DNA of 45,122 nucleotides. Source: Octopus bimaculoides. Taxonomy: Eukaryota. Made by a program: the position numbers and the translations under genes. This document shows, piece by piece, positions 40,023 through 45,122 of this stretch (its first letter is position 1; every line of letters starts with the position of its first letter). Below the pieces are notes generated by a model. That model did not search any database and was not told where the DNA came from. It saw only the letters and a list, made by a program, of their open reading frames with translations. The stretch covers positions 61,923,109 through 61,968,230 of the forward strand of contig NC_068989.1 in NCBI RefSeq assembly GCF_001194135.2, written 5' to 3'.

Positions 40023-41750
40023 CTTATAAGGATTGGCGTAACTCTTCACAATGGTAAATAGACAAGACGAAGAGCGCGATACGATTGCAATATATATATT
40101 AGATTGGTTGAACGATATTTCGACAGCTAACCTGTCTTTGTCACGTTCAAAATAAGAGATAAAAATTGAAAATTATTGAAATTTAAATTTAAAGTATGAA
40201 GGAGAGCAACCAGCATCCATTCGCTGATGGAATGACAACATCATTCTTTAAGTTTCAATTATATAACAGGCGAAATGAAGATAAAAAGAAAAGGAAAAAT
40301 AAGTAGAATTTTTAATCAAACAGATTTGTATAAATTCGATGATATTTTCCTGTCATTTTATTTATTCCTCCGGGCATGATGTTAATAATACGCTAACATA
40401 TTTCTCATGAATTTTCAGAAGTGATAGTGAAGCAGATTCCGAATATTTTCTAAGAATATGTACTTTCATGTTGTTTTCAAAATTGCAGCCATTTGAAACA
40501 AAATGTTCGGCAAGTTCTAGCGGACTAATTTTATTGTGCTCATTAAATATTTTGTTCAATTGTACAACCAACATAAATCAAATTATGCTCCGTGCGTTCT
40601 TCCCCATACATCAGGTAGGAATCTCTACATATCCCATCTTCTGTATAAATCATAACAATTTTGTTATGATTCTTGGTGGAATTCGTTTGAGTTATGGTGT
40701 TGCACAATAAACAAAGCTTACCTCGCTTGGTGCTGTTGTTCAAGGTGCAGTGTGCAGTTACTACACAGATTATTTTCCTGGAGTCAGAGATAAAGGTCAA
40801 TGATTCTCATATTAATTCTTATTCCATCTAAAGGCTACAATAGCCTGTTGAGGAAATATCTGTTTGAACGAGGATATTTTTCGCGACATGCTGGTAACTT
40901 TCATGCGACACTTTTGAAATGCCGGAGAAAATTCGGTGCCAGTTAATCACTAAAGGAATTCTGTCATTTATTGTATTGTGTTTGCTAAAATTATGCATGA
41001 ATATTTGACTTTGCTAATCTTAGCTAATTCATTTGCTATTTCCTTTAATCGTGATTCACTGTAACCGTGTTTGACAATGATGTACAGAAGCATTTGCATG
41101 TTGCCAGTAATATCCTATATCAGAACAAATCCGTTTTATCCTCAAGAAATAGAGATTTCGGATTTGACCGAATAATATGATGCGGCTAATCGGAGCAGCG
41201 GTGGAGATAAATGTGTGATGACGAGGACTTGCAAATAACTATCACTATTCTACTTCCAGAAATCTTTTGTGTCCAAAAATTCAACGCCAGTTCTTTAAAA
41301 ACCACACGTAAATTTTATGTTGGACTTAAAGTCATAGTTTTTTTTTCGCATAACAGTCACAGAAATGCAAGAATTGAATTAATCTATAAAATACAGGTGT
41401 TCGTCCTTCTGACTGTAAAATTCTGGATTTGGTCTTATTAATAAAATGGTCTTTTATTCCATTTCCAGAAATATTTTCTCAATTTCGTCTCTGTAATTAG
41501 ATCGACAGGTAATTGTTCATATGAAGTGTTTTGTCACTATTAGCTAGACGTTGGAGTGCGTAGCATTGAAAATTTGTGATGTTATTTCAGGACTTCTTTC
41601 CACTTGTTTTAAGGCTTTATCTAATGCCTGACGAGATTCAAGAAACTCCACTAGTCCTTCTGGAGTCCATCCCGAACTTTATCTGCTTATCAATTGCGAT
41701 TCTTTTCAATCCAATTATGCCAAATTCGACCATCATCATTTTTTATTTTC
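40020..41750 (-). mobile_element. Decayed Penelope-like element (RT, Cys-rich linker, GIY-YIG, 3' UTR) ending at (AAT)n
   Basis: Minus-strand motifs in order: SNIKFT..VEFLDT (~41330), LRIKRICSD (~41130), KHGYSE (~41070), DRIPLVINWH (~40970), IFPQQAIVAFRWNKNM (~40850), KLCLLC..ICRDSYLMY..LIYVGCT, FNEH..LAEHF..KVHILRK..LLTSCPEE* (40362). The 5' boundary is approximate. Confidence 0.85.
40108..40150 (-). ncRNA. Degenerate minimal type I hammerhead ribozyme in the PLE 3' UTR
   Basis: Minus strand: TTGAAC (stem I) GTGACAAA (core; canonical CTGANGAA) GACAG-gttag-CTGTC (stem II) GAAA TATC (palindromic ATAT stem III plus cleavage triplet) GTTCAA (stem I'). Confidence 0.7.
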
Positions 41751-41835
41751 AGTAAGCATGGGGCTATCTGACTCCCCATTACAAGTTAAAAAAAAAAAAA
41801 AAAATTCCTTAAGCTTCTAACGGAATAAAAGACTC

Positions 41836-42071
41836 GAAAGTGATGAATATTCTTAGAAACTATTCTGAATCTGCTTCACTTTCACTTCTCAAAATGCATT
41901 AGGAGAAATATGTTTGCGTGTTATTAAAATTATGCACTGGAGGAATGAATAAAATGACACGAGAATATCATCAGATTTATACAAAACTACTTGATTAAAT
42001 ATTCTTCTTGTCTTTCCTTTTCTTTCCTCTTTTGTTCTGTCTTATTCGTTTTACCTGTTATATAATTGAAA
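41836..42071 (+). repeat. Inverted partial copy of the PLE 3' end (pseudo-LTR-like)
   Basis: tattcttagaaactattctgaatctgcttcactttcacttctc..gaggaatgaataaaatgaca..tttatacaaaact..cctgttatataattgaaa aligns with the reverse complement of ~40253-40470. Confidence 0.9.
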
Positions 42072-45000
42072 GTTAGACTACGTGTAGATACTGTAAAGAT
42101 TAATAGGTCTCCGGTGACGTTTCATTTATAATAATTCTCACAAAGCATTGAATATCGATGGTCATATAGCAGCAGATATCTAGTCGTTTAACACCACCTT
42201 AAACTTCTTGAGTCCTTAAAAGAGATGTTTACCCAGACGTTTGATCTGCTCAAATAAGAGCTACACTCTTCGCAATTTTCATACTACACTCAATAAAAAA
42301 TAATTCACGTTAGACTATGTACTCCGACATATATCAGCAAATATAGATTGTATAGTCTTGAGGCAAAAGAATTTAATTAAGGAGGATTGGGATTAAGGGA
42401 TATCCTGGAAAGGGATTTTCTCTTGTATATTTATGAAGTAGAAGAAGCTATATTTAGTAGCTATACTTTACATTAATCTGAAAACTTTATTCCCTGAATA
42501 TCTGCGCACAGAATTACTTTCGCATTCCCTATTCCCTAAGGTGCAAACCTCCCTCAATCTACAATAATTCCTTTATTCTTTTACTAGCGGGACCCGCGAA
42601 TACTTCATAGAATTAATGGTAAACCTATTGGGCAATTTCTGAAAACTTCATCCAAAAATCTTGAACGCGTGGTCTGTTGTGTCTCTATGGAAAGCTAGTC
42701 GCACATCTGCTAGTCATTGAGAAGTGAATGAGATTGAAATACGATGATTACTTAATGCACTTTATATGTACACTTTATACGCAATTCTATAGACTTAATA
42801 CACAAAACACATAAACTATATATTCACTCATATTTTTCCTTTTACTCCCATAAACAAGAAAAGCAATAACCTGTATGGCATATATCTGCCTCGTAAATAA
42901 GCGTGAATATTTCACGGAATTGCACTTACACGCATTCGTTAAATGGTAGGTGATACGTTTTTCGCAATCCAATAACCATCACCAACTCCCCTATCTCCAC
43001 CAACAACACTACCACCGCCACGATCATTATTACTTGCTCGTCCTATCACCTCTCCTCTTTCTCTTCCTCCTATCCTCATCTCCCTGCCTGTCTATAGCCT
43101 CACCATCAGAACATCATCTCTCTGCCAAATTTATTTTTTTAACTATCCTCCTCTACCTTCAACTAACTTTTTTTAACGACGTAATAAATATTATGTGATC
43201 CTACCTCACGTCGTAGACGCTTCGCTTTCCCTCTTTTTCTTTCTCTCTCTTTCTGTCCCATTTTTGCCTCATCCTCTTTGCTTTCTCCTTTTTTTCCTTC
43301 TCCGCTTTTTCCCATTCAACAAATCACGTGAAAGCGTACATTCCCACTACCTTAAGGTTTGAACATTTTTCTCTCACTGCTTCTCCTTCTCTCTTTTTCT
43401 CCCTCCCTCTTTTTCTATAATCAAGTGAAAGTATTATCGACGTGCTAAGTGACGCAATGATAAGATTCTTTGACTTGTTTCAGACATTTGCCTGCGGCCA
43501 TATAATTTTAAAGGACATTCTAAAATTAGAAAATGGAAGATATTTCAAGATTTAACCATGTAGTTGTACGTAATACAGCTGATGTGCGTGTGTGAGTGTG
43601 TGTATTTGTGTGTGTATAATGTGCGTGAGCGTGTGTGAATATGTGCGCACGTGTGTTTATGCCAAAAGAAATCGTGAAGTGAGAGCAGAAAACATTTAAA
43701 AACAAACGTGTCTGAACATATAATGAAAAAATTCACAGCTGTTTGTTTCTTGTTTTGTATGATGAAATCTAAAGATTATATCACAGGATTAGTTTATTGT
43801 CTTGTTACAAGTGTAAAAACACCTTACTGGAAATGTATTTTCTAATAGTTATGTACATAATATTCCAAAGGAAAAATATACAATACATTTTTGCCTTCAT
43901 AAGTAGTTTACTTTCATCAGCAACATTTATTGCCTTTAGGTAAATGGTTGCTCTGTTACACCTTACATCAGAGAAAAGAATAGTGAAGTTTTATTCATTA
44001 TTCAACCATAACAAACGCCAAGAAAAAAACAGCACGGCTTTTGAGCATCAGCAGCTCTTGCATTCGCACTCAATTTTACTTATAACGGCAGTTTTTCTCT
44101 ATCTGGGTGCTACCGTTCTGTAATAGGTTCTGTGGTAGCATCAAATGCCGCCTTTTGAACTGCATGTTCTGTCACAAAATATACAAGCATTGCGTAATAA
44201 CACATACTATACCTGACTTTACCCGAGTGATATGCGCACGCACGCACACACATACACACATTTTATCAAAACGAAAAATGGAACAAGAATTTAACAGGTG
44301 ATAAAAAAAACATTCGGACAGTAAGTGATACAAAAAAGGACAGGAAAAAACGAGGAAGGGAGTTTCGGAGTTTTCAGTCTTCAGTCGAGAAGCAGATCGT
44401 CGTTGCATGGATAATAATGCAGCTTGCATGGATAATAATGTAGATTGCGGCGTTTTAATGAGGCATCCATTTTAAGCAGAATATACAGATTGCCTTATAT
44501 GCTTGTGTATGTGTGCGTGTGTGTGTGCTCGCGTGTGTGTACGTGTGTGCATGCGTGTGTGTGTGTGTTTGTATACACACACACACCACACGTACACATA
44601 CACTCACTCATATCTATGTACATTTCAATTTATTTAACTAATAAGGTGAGATATGTTTCTAATAAACAATCTATTTGTTACATGGAACATTAAAACAATA
44701 TGATTTATATTTTAATTATAGTTTTGGCAAAAATTCAGAAAAAGGTCGTTTAGAATGTGTTAGCGCTCATATATAACATATTAAAAGTGTAATTAATACC
44801 AATATATAATTGTATAAGTAGGAGGTGGGAAATGATTATATTTTCAATTTATAAGTACAGCTTCATGTACATGAAGAACGGAGTTACAAAGGTCGCAAAC
44901 GAATTACTTGAATTAACTCATTATAGATAGGCAGGCACTACCGCACAGAAACGCTGGAACACACAGCAACACGTACACACACATGCACTCATATTTGCAT

Positions 45001-45122
45001 GTATATATATGTAAATGTAGATGTATTTGTTTTCATAAACGCATATATAGATATGTATATATGAATTCATTTTAATATATGGATACATGTATGTATATAA
45101 TTATATATATATATATATATAT

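Noticed and set aside
40722-40777. Initially called exon 2 (signal-peptide end) of the receptor
   Set aside because: It lies within a continuous PLE coding relic in the same frame. Kept only as a possible exonisation, not as a CDS.
41628-41650. CTGACGA-gattcaa-GAAA hammerhead-like core on the plus strand
   Set aside because: No stem II pairing; antisense to PLE RT coding sequence, so likely coincidental.
44403-44443. ~21-bp direct duplication (ttgcatggataataatg)
   Set aside because: Consistent with simple slippage duplication; no element between the copies.
1-45122. CRISPR arrays, bona fide tRNA or rRNA genes, prokaryotic operons
   Set aside because: None seen. The tRNA-like segments are decayed SINE heads without a complete cloverleaf.

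Overview
This is an AT-rich, microsatellite-dense eukaryotic window with five N-gaps. It is probably from a coleoid cephalopod (Octopus-like); that is inferred from the SINE, LINE and microsatellite make-up, not shown. I can support two host coding exons, both on the minus strand: a 68-nt exon (24167-24234) and a 224-nt exon (5971-6194). They belong to a GABA-A/Grd-like Cys-loop ligand-gated ion channel subunit and are separated by an ~18 kb intron. The neighbouring exons (YDxxxRP exon, Cys-loop exon, TM exons) were not found, so they lie outside the window or in gaps. Most other recognisable sequence is mobile-element debris: three Penelope-like (PLE) remnants, R4/Dong, CR1/L2-like and RTE LINE fragments, Tc1/mariner fragments, tRNA-derived SINEs, and a GC-rich L1/Tx1-like ORF1 (CCHC gag knuckle) element with no visible ORF2. 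The best leads are: (i) a PLE with an inverted terminal copy, a decayed minimal hammerhead ribozyme and an (AAT)n end (40020-42071); (ii) plus-strand exon-like units with consensus-like branch points, antisense to the channel intron (25.5-29 kb); (iii) the ORF1-only retroelement. Almost all ORF-track entries are artefacts of microsatellites, gaps or TE fragments. All alignments and identities were judged by eye.
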